From Eledone cirrhosa (taxonomy: Eukaryota): a stretch of DNA of 64,000 nucleotides. How positions within the stretch are numbered: the stretch's first letter is position 1; every line of letters starts with the position of its first letter. This document shows positions 13,172 to 26,338 of the stretch, piece after piece. Below the pieces are notes generated by a model. The model saw only the letters and a program-made list of their open reading frames with translations, had not been told where the DNA came from and made no database searches. The stretch spans positions 26,350,001 through 26,414,000 of the forward strand of contig OZ024747.1 in assembly GCA_964016885.1 (NCBI GenBank), given 5' to 3'. A program made the position numbers and the translations under genes.

Positions 13172-13332
13172 ACCATTAGTATATACAATATATATGACTA
13201 TTAGTATCCGCCAATATACAACACAATTAATATATACACCAATATATATCACAACTAGTGTATACAGCAATATACATCACCAGTAATATACACCAATATA
13301 TATCAACGATAATATACCCAACTATACACCAT

Positions 13333-13897
13333 GGATTGGCAGTATCGGTAGAGGGTCGGAGGCCATGCTTTCCAGCATAGTTACGTCCCTTTACGATCTG
13401 AGTTCAAATCCCGCTGAGGTTGACTTTGCCTTTCATCCTTACGGGGTCGATAAAATAATGTACCAGTAATGTACTGGGTAATTGCTGGCCTTGTGCCAAA
13501 AGTAGAAACTATTATATTATATTATATTATATTATAGGCAGTGGATTGGCAGTATCGGTAGAGGGTCGGACGCCATGCTTTGACGCATAGAGTTACGGCC
13601 CTTGCCATTCTGAGTTCAAATCCCGCCGAGGTTAACTTTGCCTTTCATCCTTACGGGGTCGATAAAATGAAGTACCAGTAATACACTGGGTAATTGCTGG
13701 CCTTGTGCCTAACGTAGAAACAATTATATTATATTATATTATATTATATTATATTATATTATATTATATTATATTATATTATATTATATTATATATAGGG
13801 CGGTGGATTGGCAGTATCGGTACGGGGTCGATAAAATAAAGTACCAGTAATGCACTGGGTAATTGCTGGCCTTGTGCCTAAAGTAGAAACAATTATT
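13333..13897 (+). mobile_element. Three head-to-tail tRNA-derived SINE copies separated by (ATTAT)n; third copy internally deleted
   Basis: Copies start at about 13333, 13538 and 13798. B-box gagttcaaatcc is in the first two. The third joins atcggta to cggggtcgataaaat. Confidence 0.85.
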
Positions 13898-14133
13898 AGT
13901 ATATATACACCAATGCATATCACCAGATGAATATACATCCCAACTTGTGTATACAGCAATATACATCAATGACAGTTGCTACCAATATCACTGTCAACAT
14001 CCCGCCTACATGCTGGCACTCAGGCCAGCCGCCATGAGTTCAATACCAAGAGAGGCGTGTTACAATACAATATGACATATCCTGACAAGGCCACGCCTCT
14101 GACGACCATCTATGTTAGGTGCGAGTGTGTGTG

Positions 14134-14204
<71 letters not shown>

Positions 14205-14205
14205 T

Positions 14206-14236
<31 letters not shown>

Positions 14237-15070
14237 ATATATATATATATGTATATTTATATATATATATATATATATATATAAACAATCTCTTCTGAAC
14301 ACAACATATATATAATCACATGTATATATATATATACATTACATGTATCTTGTATGTATGTTTGTCTTTATGTAGATATGTAGATATGTATACACACACA
14401 TATATATATATCTGTTATTAATTCTGGCAATATTACGCAAATATGACCCTCCCCAAGTATAACAATATATATATATATATATATCCATGTATTCTTATGT
14501 GTATGTATAATTATGTATCTATGTACGTATGTAGGTATGTATGTGTGTGGGCGTGGGCGTGTGTGTGTCTGTGCGTGTGTGTGTGTGTGTAAGTTTATGT
14601 ATTTTATGTACGTATGTAGGAATGTGTATATTTACGTATGTATGCATTAAGCATCTACGTATGCATGTATGCATGTATATATATGTATGTATGTATTTGT
14701 ATACACTCTTGTATGTTGACTATATATGCTCGTATGTATGAATGCTTGCTTGTATACGTCTATATTACATATATAGTATGAATGTACTTGTTTGTTTAAT
14801 ATTCCATTTAGACATATGAACGAATCATATTATACATGTCTGTGTATTGGTGTTTATATGTATAGTACTATGCTTTGGGGTGAGTGTATATATATAGAAT
14901 CTGAATATATTTGTGTGTTTGCATGTGTTCGTGATTATGTTCGTATATATATATATTGGAAAATGTTTAACCCCAGGGTTAAACATTTTCCTATTACCCA
15001 CTCTACTACCCTAAGTATTGAGTACTCTGGTGCGTTATGGTCCATCTGGTTCCTTGCCACACTTCCTTCG

Positions 15071-15161
<91 letters not shown>

Positions 15162-15519
15162 TATAAAACCTCTAAACCTTTGTCACTTAGTAGAACCTTA
15201 ATGAATTTAGCTTTTAAAGATCTCCCTTTCCTTTAATTCTATCTACCATGACTGACCCCCCACTGATCTTATAGACATCTGTTAGCTTAAGAGAAACTTA
15301 ATGACAAGGAATGGTATGCCATCCGGAACCTGTTTATAGAATTCTGTCTGCCTTTGTTACTCTAAAAACAAAAATTAATAAAAATAAACTATAGCTTTAT
15401 AGAATTAGCTTTTAATGAATTCCCTTTTCTATCAACCAATGACCTACACCCATCCCACTCCCCACCCTCTCCTACCACTTGTAGAGACCTATAAATACCA
15501 TATTTATTTTTTGATACCC

Positions 15520-15570
15520 AGATTCCTGATGATTTCTAAAGAATGAAACAGTTCTAGTCCTGTAGAATCT
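15520..15570 (+). ncRNA. Type I hammerhead ribozyme at the 3' end of a (TA)n-flanked ~420-bp element
   Basis: agattc CTGATGA t-ttc-taaa-gaa-t GAAA cag-ttctagtc-ctg TA gaatct: 6-bp stem I, 3-bp stem II, paired stem III, GUA triplet. A degenerate relative lies on the - strand at about 25-80. Confidence 0.75.
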
Positions 15571-15755
15571 CATCTATATTAAAACTATATATATATATAT
15601 ATATTTATTTATTAAAATAACAGATTAAAGTTTAAGCAAAGAATCGCTGCTTTCACTCTTAACGGGATCTTCTGAAACTAACAAAGTCAATCTGTAAACG
15701 CAGAAGTGGATACTTCAAAAAACGTTGCAACCGGAGGAAGACAAGAAGACGATAC

Positions 15756-15821
<66 letters not shown>

Positions 15822-15840
15822 TTATATATATATATGTTTT

Positions 15841-16116
15841 TATATAGTGTACATAGGTGAGACACCTCGTAGTATAGGAGAAAGGTTAAATGAACACTGG
15901 CGAGAACTTCAAGATGAAAAATAATCATTACTACTCCACCAACATGCTAAAATAGAACACAAGGGCAAATTAGAGAACATAGAAATAAAAGTAGAATCTA
16001 CACACAGAAAAGACGCAATGTTTAGACAAATCACAGAAGCAATAAACATAAATGAACTCCAATCAAAATTAAATAGAAAACATGAATGGAATAGCAACAT
16101 CACAACTTACAATTAA
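15841..16116 (+). pseudogene. GIY-YIG endonuclease fragment of a Penelope-like element (5'-truncated, one internal stop)
   Basis: Translation YIVYIGETPRSIGERLNEH...*...HQHAKIEH...FRQITEAINI...LNRKHEWN has the YIGET, RL.EH, RQI.EA and LN.K.EW pattern of PLE GIY-YIG domains. Confidence 0.8.
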
Positions 16117-16317
16117 GGACAAAATGAAAACACACACACACACATAGAACAAACAATCAACCAGTAACATGTAAATCAACAAATAAATAAACAAATATAA
16201 ACATACACAGACACCCGGATGTAACACATGCGCAAACTAAGCACGCAACACACACAAAAACAAGATGGCGTAGGACAGAACAAAGGAGAGGCACAAAAAC
16301 AAAGAAAAGAATCCCAT

Positions 16318-16358
16318 TCACTGAAGAGGTCACAGAATGTGTGACGAAAGAACTTTGA
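16318..16358 (+). ncRNA. Hammerhead-like motif in the PLE 3' terminal region
   Basis: tca CTGAAGA g-gtcaca-gaatg-tgtgac GAAA gaac TT tga, about 200 bp downstream of the GIY-YIG fragment. Confidence 0.55.
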
Positions 16359-16509
16359 CAATATATAAACAACCAACCAACCGGAAATTTATAAATTCTT
16401 AAATTTATAAATTTTATTTATAATAAATTGGAGTGAAAAAGCAACTGGTGCGTGTGTTTCTTATTGGCAACATGACCCTCCCAAAGCATAACAATATATA
16501 TATATATAA

Positions 16510-16566
<57 letters not shown>

Positions 16567-17102
16567 TAAATAAATACAATATCGGAGAAAGCTTTTTACC
16601 GATACTCCGGCCAAATTCCAACTCACTCAACAAACATTAGGAAATAAGTGATTATATTCCTAATTAAGCATTCGGGGTGCTAACTAAAAGTATTGCGTGG
16701 AAAATTGGCTGTATTATTTCATATGGGACATATCGAATATATCTCTTCCCAGACGGACGTCTCGTTTCATTATAGGATTCCTACAATTTGGGTGAAATTA
16801 TACATATATATATAACAACAGAAGTCAGGTGTTTGTAGAGAATTATTTCATTGTTTGACGATCGTTTCAGAGGGTCAATTAATCAATGGAGATTGATATA
16901 TCGACTAGCATGGTAGTGGTTAAGTTACTACCTATTTCTAGTTTCGAAAACCTTGTTCAATCGGCCACCTCCTCAGAATTACTAAACTGATTTAGGGTGT
17001 CTTTCGTCGAGTAAAAGTGTATGGTTTGAGGTTGGCTTTGATTCTCTGGATGTGTTATATTTAGTTAGGTGTTAAGGCAATCGGCTTTGCTGCATATCTC
17101 TC

Positions 17103-17196
<94 letters not shown>

Positions 17197-17234
17197 TTGC
17201 AAGGTTTTTGATATGAAATCGTGTGTCGAAACAA

Positions 17235-17679
17235 ATATTGTTATACTTGGGGAGGGCCATATTCTTATAATATTGCCAGAAATAATAACAGAACAGACTC
17301 ATTATTCGATTGGTTTTCATCAGTGGTACTATTATGTTCCCTCCTATTGTATTGTAATGTCTACGCCATTTTAATTTTATTTTATAATATCTACATCATT
17401 TTTATTTTATAAAATAAAAATTGCGTAGACATTACAATACAATAGGAGGGAACATAATAGTATCACTGATGATGTTGCAGATGTGCAACGAAAGAACTTT
17501 GATAGACTATATATATATATCTGTATTTTTAACCGCTGGTCAATCAATGATAAACATTGATTTCCAAATAGATTAACTATGGAGATATAAAAGATACAGA
17601 AGCAAAAACCAAACAAACAGTTAGTGTGTTCTGTTATTAGTTCTGGCAATATTACAACAATATGACCCTCCCCAAGTAT

Positions 17680-17687
<8 letters not shown>
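17235..17687. repeat. Nested inverted repeats of PLE-like termini with a hammerhead-like motif at 17461-17504
   Basis: Outer arms about 17235-17299 / 17623-17687 and inner arms about 17317-17386 / 17407-17472. Motif: tatca CTGATGA t-gttgca-gatg-tgcaac GAAA gaac TT tgata. Confidence 0.75.
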
Positions 17688-17743
<56 letters not shown>

Positions 17744-17973
17744 TACTTTATAAATAAGAATATATATATATATATAAACAAAATTAGATTTTAGTTTGTC
17801 GCTGTATACGTAGATGCAATAGTGAGTTTTATATCAAATAATAATTAAAATATAATTATATATAATTATTTTGGATTTAAAGCTGACTTTGCCGAAAACT
17901 AAAAATAAAATTAGAATTTTGTTTTTCGCTCTAGCATAGTGGCTAAGTAAATGCATTCGTGAGTTTTACATAA

Positions 17974-18041
<68 letters not shown>
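17974..18041. repeat. (TAA)n microsatellite at the left edge of the retrotransposon array
   Basis: About 22 pure AAT units immediately before the first element. Confidence 0.95.
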
Positions 18042-21000
18042 GGGAAGAAGACGCACGAGGTGACGGAGGTCATGAAATCGCTCCCGTAAGTTTTGAATTT
18101 TTAACATATTTAAATCATTTGTGAAATAACAACTCTTAGTACAAATGCTACGTAAAGCACCCGGCTTGAGCCCCAAAAAATTCGGACCCAAAATATATTG
18201 TTATAAGGCTCAAATATTCAAATATTCAACTTTGTATTGTACACTGTATATCCAAAAAAAAATGGCTATAAATGGAAGAAGAAGAACCCCCCCCCCTCCT
18301 CTCCTCTGGCTACACTATATAGGACAGCTAAACTCACCAACACCAGAAACTAGATACACCACCCACCCCATCATCTGTGTACACTAAACACAACAGCATT
18401 TTCACCTTCACCGCCACCGCTCACTACGGCCATCATTACCACCACTATCCCATCACCGCCGCCACCACCCCTTGACTCCTTCACTGCTGCTGCCACCGCT
18501 ACAGCACCATCACTACAGTAATACGGCTCAAATATTCAAATATTCAACTTTGTATTGTACACTGTATATCCAAAAAAAAAAAAATAAAAAAAAAAAATGG
18601 CTATAAATGGAAGAAGAAGAACCCCCCCTCCCCTCCTCTCCTCTGGCTACACTATATAGGACAGCGAAACTCACCAACACCAGAAACTAGATACACCACC
18701 CACCCCATCATCTGTGTACACTAAACACAACAGCATTTTCACCTTCACCGCCACCGCTCACTACGGCCATCATTACCACCACTATCCCATCACCGCCGCC
18801 ACCACCCCCTGACTCCTTCACTGCTGCTGCCACCGCTACAGCACCATCACTACAGTAATACGGTCGCATCACCGCCACCACTGCCTCGGTATCGACATCA
18901 CCACCACCACTGTCTCAGTATCGCCAACGCCGCCAGTCTCTGCTGGCTACCACTTCCACATTATAGAATTCCTACTACTAACAAAGAGAAAGGCATCAAA
19001 ATATATAGATAGACTCAAAAGAAAAAAGAAAAAACAAACAACAAAAGCAGCACAGCAACAACAGTAAAAAACGAGAAAAACAGAGAAAAACAAAAACAAA
19101 AAAAAGAAACCCCAAAAACGTAAAGAAAATAAGAATGAAGAGAGAAGCAGGCGGACGGACAGAGAAGAGGGGGGAAAAAGTAAAACTTAAAAAACAAAAA
19201 CTAAGTCAGACATTCGAATACTACATTACAATGAAACTTATGCTTATTCATTTTTGGGGCCCTTTCTGCCCGTGTGTTTGTTTGTTTATGTGTGTCCGTA
19301 TACAGCGTGGTGATAATGCCACACAAGGGCCAAGTGGGATGGCGGATCCACAGATGGCTATGTAAACATACATTCGCCAATCCTCGATAAGAGTGTTTAA
19401 ATATCGAACATAAACAGTTCGAATAACGGTGAAATGGAGACTAGAACGTCATGTGACAGACTCTCACCCAACAGGTGCCCCCTGGCTCAGCAGCAGGAAC
19501 CTGACTGTCAACCAAATACTGCTGATGTTGGAGGAAGAAGAAGAAGGAAAGGGGCCAGAACCAACTGGACGAAAGAATTGAATAGAACTGTTATGCAATG
19601 CTACCTGAAAAGTAACCCCAAGGAGAGGGGCTACAGGAGACGGATGCATAACATCTGGAACGAGATTGGTTTATTTAAATTAGATGAACAAAAATTGGCC
19701 GGGCAGGCTCGGGTAATAAGAACTAATGGGTGGATAAGCGAGCTGGAACTGGAGGAACTGAGCAGAGAGAATGGCTTGGAGATGGCGGGTGTAGTATGCC
19801 AGACAAGCGAGCCGGCGGGAAATGAAGGTGAGGAGGTCCTGAGAACGGAGGAACCACCCGAAGCAGACAATGATCTGAATACTGAGATAAATAATACCTG
19901 GAACAGAGATACGGCCACTGAGGAGATGAATGCTGACGGGCTAGGACAAGATTCGGTTGACATCCTAAATTTAGTGGTAGATGAGTTGAACAATGATAGT
20001 GGGAGACCTATGAACCTAAGATTTGTAGACAGGAAAAAGTTAAAAGAAACAACAGCTAAGGTAAACAAAGTCATCCCATACCTTGAGGCGAGGAGTCTTC
20101 ACCAGTGCAACAATATCCTCAAAGCAACAGCAAATACGGTGAGGAAACTACTTGGTTTAAAAGCGAGAGGAAACAACAGACAAGAAAGAGCAGAGCCGTG
20201 GTGGAAGAAGCGACTGAGTGGGCAAATCGGGGAAATGAGAAATGACATAGGAAAGCTTGAGTCACTACTGAATGGGACACTAAAAAACATAGGCACTAAA
20301 AATAGACTGGAAATAAAATACAAAACTAGGAGTAAAAAGCTAAATATTATCATAGAGGAATTGAAGCAACGCATTGTAGCAAAGAGTGCCAAAATCAGGC
20401 GATACGAGAACAGAGTCAGTCAGTATAAACAGAACCGCATGTTCGACAACAAACAGAAGATGCTGTTTGGACAGCTTGAGGGGAAAGAAAGAGGCAACGA
20501 CTTGATCCCTGGGGCGGAACAAGCTAAAACATTCTGGAGAGGAATATGGGAGCAGGATGTTAGACACAATGCCCAGGCAGGGTGGATTGAGACAGTACAG
20601 AGGGAGATCGGTGAGCAGGCACAGCAACAGACTGATTTGAGTATCACAGTTGAAACTCTTAAGGGGCAAGCCAAAAAACTAACCAACTGGAAATCACCAG
20701 GCCCAGATGGTGTGCAGGGGTATTGGATTAAACATTTAACATCCCTCCACCCGAAGCTGACGGCCATGTTCAATGACTGCTTGGTGTCGGGTGAGGTGCC
20801 AGAGTGGTTGACAAAAGGTACCACAGTTCTGATAATGAAAGACCGAATCAAGGGTAATGATGTTACCAACTATAGACCTATCACATGTCTGCCCGTAATG
20901 TGGAAACTGTTGACGAGCATTGTGTCTGAGGAAATCTACCATCACCTCCACACAAACAACTTGTTGCCGGACGAACAGAAAGGATGCCGAAAGAAGTCAC

Positions 21001-22899
21001 GTGGTACAAAGGACCAGTTGCTTATTGATAAGATGGTAATGGGGAATTGCAGGAGGAGACACACTGATCTTGCCATGGGATGGATAGACTACAGAAAGGC
21101 ATTTGACATGGTGCCTCATTCCTGGATCACCAAAAGCCTGGAGATCTTCAGGGTGGCAGATAACATCAGACAGTTGCTGGGCAGGAGTATGGGGTCCTGG
21201 GAGACAGAGTTGACATCAACTGGAGTATCCTTGGGAAGCGTGAAGATCAAGAGAGGTATCTTCCAGGGAGATAGCCTGTCCCCTCTGTTGTTTGTCCTTG
21301 CCCTGATGCCCTTGACCATTATGCTGCGAAAAGTGAGAGCAGGATACAAGTTGGGAAGGGGAGAGCTTACCATCAATCACCTCCTCTTCATGGACGATCT
21401 TAAGCTCTTCGGGAAAAGTGAGAAGGAGTTGGATGTGCTTGTTGACACTGTCCGTATTTTCAGCAGTGATATATGTATGCAGTTTGGTATTGGTAAATGT
21501 GGAGTCATTGTGATGAGGAGGGGTAGGTTGAGCAGAAGTAACGGGATCCAGATACCAACAGGTGAGATGATAAAGGAAATTGACTCTGAGGAAGGATACA
21601 AGTATTTGGGCGTTCTGGAGGCTGATGGCATAAAGAACAAAAAAATGAAGGAATTGTTAAGAACTGAATACATTCGGAGAGTAAGGAGCGTATTGAAGTC
21701 ACATCTGAACAGCAGAAATGCCATAAGCGCAGTAAATTCCCGAGCTGTGTCTATTATTAGGTACAGTGCGGGAATTCTGAGATGGAATGTTGCTGAACAA
21801 AAAGAAATGGATAGGAAGACTAGGAAGCTATTGACTATCTACAACATGTTCCACAAGAGGAGTGATGTCGATAGACTCTACCTAAGGAGATCTGAGGGTG
21901 GAAGAGGTCTTATCAGCATAGAGGACTGTGTTCAGATGGAGAAAAACAACCTATACAAATACGTGACCTATAGTAAGGAGCCAATGCTCAGAGCTGTACT
22001 GAAGGAGGGGACAGTAGGCCAGGGGATACCCAAGGAGGAAATAACATCAAGGAGGAAGAGCAGCCTTAAGGGAAAATCCCTTCATAGTACCTTCTTTGAG
22101 AAAACTGAATTTAGAGATCCACAGACATGGAACTGGTTGAGAAGAGGAGACCTCAAAAAGGCTACAGAAGGAATGCTAATGGCTGCGCAGGAGCAGGCCC
22201 TCAAAACGAAGTGGTTGAAGCACCATATCTACAAGGAGGAGGCTAGCCCACTGTGCAGGATCTGTGGAGAGAGAGAGGAGACTGTGGCTCACATTGTGTC
22301 CGAGTGTAAACGCCTAGCCAGACCCACTATAAGGGCTGGAGACACGATGTGATGGGCAGGGTGATCCACTGGCACCTGTGCAAAGTAAACAATCTACCAC
22401 ATTCTGAGAAATGGTATGAGCATAGGCCAGAGGCGGTGATGGAGAACAGTCAGGTGAAGGTGCTGTGGGATTTTAGGATACAGACGGACAAAAAACTGGA
22501 ACACAATAGACCTGACCTGGTGGTTGTGGACAAAGAAAAAAGATCGTGCCTGATTGTGGATGTGGCCTGCCCGTTCGACACGAGAGTGCAAGAGAAGGAG
22601 AGGGAGAAAATTAACCGATACCAGGACCTAAAGTGGGAGGTGAAAAGGATTTGGAACTGCCATGAAGTCAAAGTGATCCCGATTGTCATAGGCGCACTGG
22701 GGACTATCTCCAAAGGTTTCCAGGCATGGTTAAAGAAAATCGGCCCCTTCACGCTTTTTGGAACGCTTCAAAAGGCATGCTTGCTTGGAACGGCAAGAAC
22801 CCTCCGATACGTCCTGAATATCTGAGGCTGCAGGTAGTGGCTTGATATTCAATCCAACGGACTTTCCAGTTAACCAACATCAATGACTGAGATTCAAGG
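18042..22899 (+). mobile_element. R4/Dong-clade non-LTR retrotransposon family A, copy A1 (with leader; frameshifted)
   Basis: Leader plus single ORF 19434-22825 with RT (QGDSLSP, FMDD), CCHC finger and RLE (RHD, RPDLVVVD). Ends in an AATAACAATAAC(AAT)n tail. Confidence 0.92.
19434..22825 (+). pseudogene. Family A RT-RLE ORF, 1-nt deletion near 22317
   Basis: ctagccagacc vs ctagcccagacc in the intact copy splits it into 972-aa and 158-aa ORFs. Confidence 0.9.
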
Positions 22900-22937
22900 A
22901 ATAACAATAACAATAATAATAATAATAATAATAATAA

Positions 22938-25900
22938 GGAGACGGATGCATAACATCTGGAACGAGATTGGTTTATTTAAATTAGATGAACAAAAATTGG
23001 CCGGGCAGGCTCGGGTAATAAGAACTAATGGGTGGATAAGCGAGCTGGAACTGGAGGAACTGAGCAGAGAGAATGGCTTGGAGATGGCGGGTGTAGTATG
23101 CCAGACAAGCGAGCCGGCGGGAAATGAAGGTGAGGAGGTCCTGAGAACGGAGGAACCACCCGAAGCAGACAATGATCTGAATACTGAGATAAATAATACC
23201 TGGAACAGAGATACGGCCACTGAGGAGATGAATGCTGACGGGCTAGGACAAGATTCGGTTGACATCCTAAATTTAGTGGTAGATGAGTTGAACAATGATA
23301 GTGGGAGACCTATGAACCTAAGATTTGTAGACAGGAAAAAGTTAAAAGAAACAACAGCTAAGGTAAACAAAGTCATCCCATACCTTGAGGCGCGGAGTCT
23401 TCACCAGTGCAACAATATCCTCAAAGCAACAGCAAATACGGTGAGGAAACTACTTGGTATAAAAGCGAGAGGAAACAACAGACAAGAAAGAGCAGAGCCG
23501 TGGTGGAAGAAGCGACTGAGTGGGCAAATCGGGGAAATGAGAAATGACATAGGAAAGCTTGAGTCACTACTGAATGGGACACTAAAAAACATAGGCACTA
23601 AAAATAGACTGGAAATAAAATACAAAACTAGGAGTAAAAAGCTAAATATTATCATAGAGGAATTGAAGCAACGCATTGTAGCAAAGAGTGCCAAAATCAG
23701 GCGATACGAGAACAGAGTCAGTCAGTATAAACAGAACCGCATGTTCGACAACAACCAGAAGATGCTGTTTGGACAGCTTGAGGGGAAAGAAAGAGGCAAC
23801 GACTTGATCCCTGGGGCGGAACAAGCTAAAACATTCTGGAGAGGAATATGGGAGCAGGATGTTAGACACAATGCCCAGGCAGGGTGGATTGAGACAGTAC
23901 AGAGGGAGATCGGTGAGCAGGCACAACAACAGACTGATTTGAGTATCACAGTTGAAACTCTTAAGGGGCAAGCCAAAAAACTAACCAACTGGAAATCACC
24001 AGGCCCAGATGGTGTGCAGGGGTATTGGATTAAACATTTAACATCCCTCCACCCGAAGCTGACGGCCATGTTCAATGACTGCTTGGTGTCGGGTGAGGTG
24101 CCAGAGTGGTTGACAAAAGGTACCACAGTTCTGATAATGAAAGACCGAATCAAGGGTAATGATGTTACCAACTATAGACCTATCACATGTCTGCCCGTAA
24201 TGTGGAAACTGTTGACGAGCATTGTGTCTGAGGAAATCTACCATCACCTCCACACAAACAACTTGTTACCGGACGAACAGAAAGGATGCCGAAAGAAGTC
24301 ACGTGGTACAAAGGACCAGTTGCTTATTGATAAGATGGTAATGGGGAATTGCAGGAGGAGACACACTGATCTTGCCATGGGATGGATAGACTACAGAAAG
24401 GCATTTGACATGGTGCCTCATTCCTGGATCACCAAAAGCCTGGAGATCTTCAGGGTGGCAGATAACATCAGACAGTTGCTGGGCAGGAGTATGGGGTCCT
24501 GGGAGACAGAGTTGACATCAACTGGAGTATCCTTGGGAAGCGTGAAGATCAAGAGAGGTATCTTCCAGGGAGATAGCCTGTCCCCTCTGTTGTTTGTCCT
24601 TGCCCTGATGCCCTTGACCATTATGCTGCGAAAAGTGAGAGCAGGATACAAGTTGGGAAGGGGAGAGCTTACCATCAATCACCTCCTCTTCATGGACGAT
24701 CTTAAGCTCTTCGGGAAAAGTGAGAAGGAGTTGGATGTGCTTGTTGACACTGTCCGTATTTACAGCAGTGATATACGTATGCAGTTTGGTATTGGTAAAT
24801 GTGGAGTCATTGTGATGAAGAGGGGTAGGTTGAGCAGAAGTAACGGGATCCAGAGACCAACAGGTGAGATGATAAAGGAAATTGACTCTGAGGAAGGATA
24901 CAAGTATTTGGGCGTTCTGGAGGCTGATGGCATAAAGAACAAAAAAATGAAGGAATTGTTAAGAACTGAATACATTCGGAGAGTAAGGAGCGTATTGAAG
25001 TCACATCTGAACAGCAGAAATGCCATAAGCGCAGTAAATTCCCGAGCTGTGTCTATTATTAGGCACAGTGTGGGAATTCTGAGATGGAATGTTGCTGAAC
25101 AAAAAGAAATGGATAGGAAGACTAGGAAGCTATTGACTATCTACAACATGTTCCACAAGAGGAGTGATGTCGATAGACTCTACCTAAGGAGATCTGAGGG
25201 TGGAAGAGGTCTTATCAGCATAGAGGACTGTGTTCAGATGGAGAAAAACAACCTATACAAATACGTGACCTATAGTAAGGAGCCAATGCTCAGAGCTGTA
25301 CTGAAGGAGGGGACAGTAGGCCAGGGGATATCCAAGGAGGAAATAACATCAAGGAGGAAGAGCAGCCTTAAGGGAAAATCCCTTCATAGTACCTTCTTTG
25401 AGAAAACTGAATTTAGAGATCCACAGACATGGAACTGGTTGAGAAGAGGAGACCTCAAAAAGGCTACAGAAGGAATGCTAATGGCTGCGCAGGAGCAGGC
25501 CCTCAAAACGAAGTGGTTGAAGCACCATATCTACAAGGAGGAGGCTAGCCCACTGTGCAGGATCTGTGGAGAGAGAGAGGAGACTGTGGCTCACATTGTG
25601 TCCGAGTGTAAACACCTAGCCCAGACCCACTATAAGGGCTGGAGACACATGTGATGGGCAGGGTGATCCACTGGCACTTGTGCAAAGTAAACAATCTACC
25701 ACATTCTGAGAAATGGTATGAGCATAGGCCAGAGGCGGTGATGGAGAACAGTCAGGTGAAGGTGCTGTGGGATTTTAGGATACAGACGGACAAAAAACTG
25801 GAACACAATAGACCTGACCTGGTGGTTGTGGACAAAGAAAAAAGATCGTGCCTGATTGTGGATGTGGCCTGCCCGTTCGACACGAGAGTGCAAGAGAAGG

Positions 25901-26200
25901 AGAGGGAGAAAATTAACCGATACCAGGACCTAAAGTGGGAGGTGAAAAGGATTTGGAACTGCCATAAAGTCAAAGTGATCCCGATTGTCATAGGCGCACT
26001 GGGGACTATCTCCAAAGGTTTCCAGGGATGGTTAAAGAAAATCGGCCCCTTCACGCTTTTTGGAACGCTTCAAAAGGCATGCTTGCTTGGAACAGCAAGA
26101 ACCCTCCGATACGTCCTGAATATCTGAGGCTGCAGGTAGTGGCTTGATATTCAATCCAACGGACTTTCCAGTTAACCAACATCAATGACTGAGATTCAAG

Positions 26201-26201
<1 letters not shown>
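22938..26201 (+). mobile_element. Family A copy A2, 5'-truncated inside the ORF, frameshifted near 25648
   Basis: Starts at aggagacggatg directly on the (TAA)n tail of A1. gacacatgtg vs gacacgatgtg. (AAT)n tail at 26202-26243. Confidence 0.92.
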
Positions 26202-26246
<45 letters not shown>

Positions 26247-26338
26247 TTTTAACATATTTAAACCATTTGTGAAATAACAACTCTTAGCACAAATGCTACG
26301 TAAAGCACCCGGCTTGAGCCCCAAAAAATTCGGACCCA

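Noticed and set aside
16855-16985. Further hammerhead-like fragments (minus-strand GAAACGATCGTC and CTGAGGA...GAAACTAG; also about 11875 and 10785)
   Set aside because: Core halves or stems are missing, so they are too degenerate to call.
22310-22355. Programmed frameshift or stop-start between RT and RLE in A1 and A2
   Set aside because: The two 1-nt deletions are at different sites and A3-A5 are continuous here, so these are mutations or sequencing errors.
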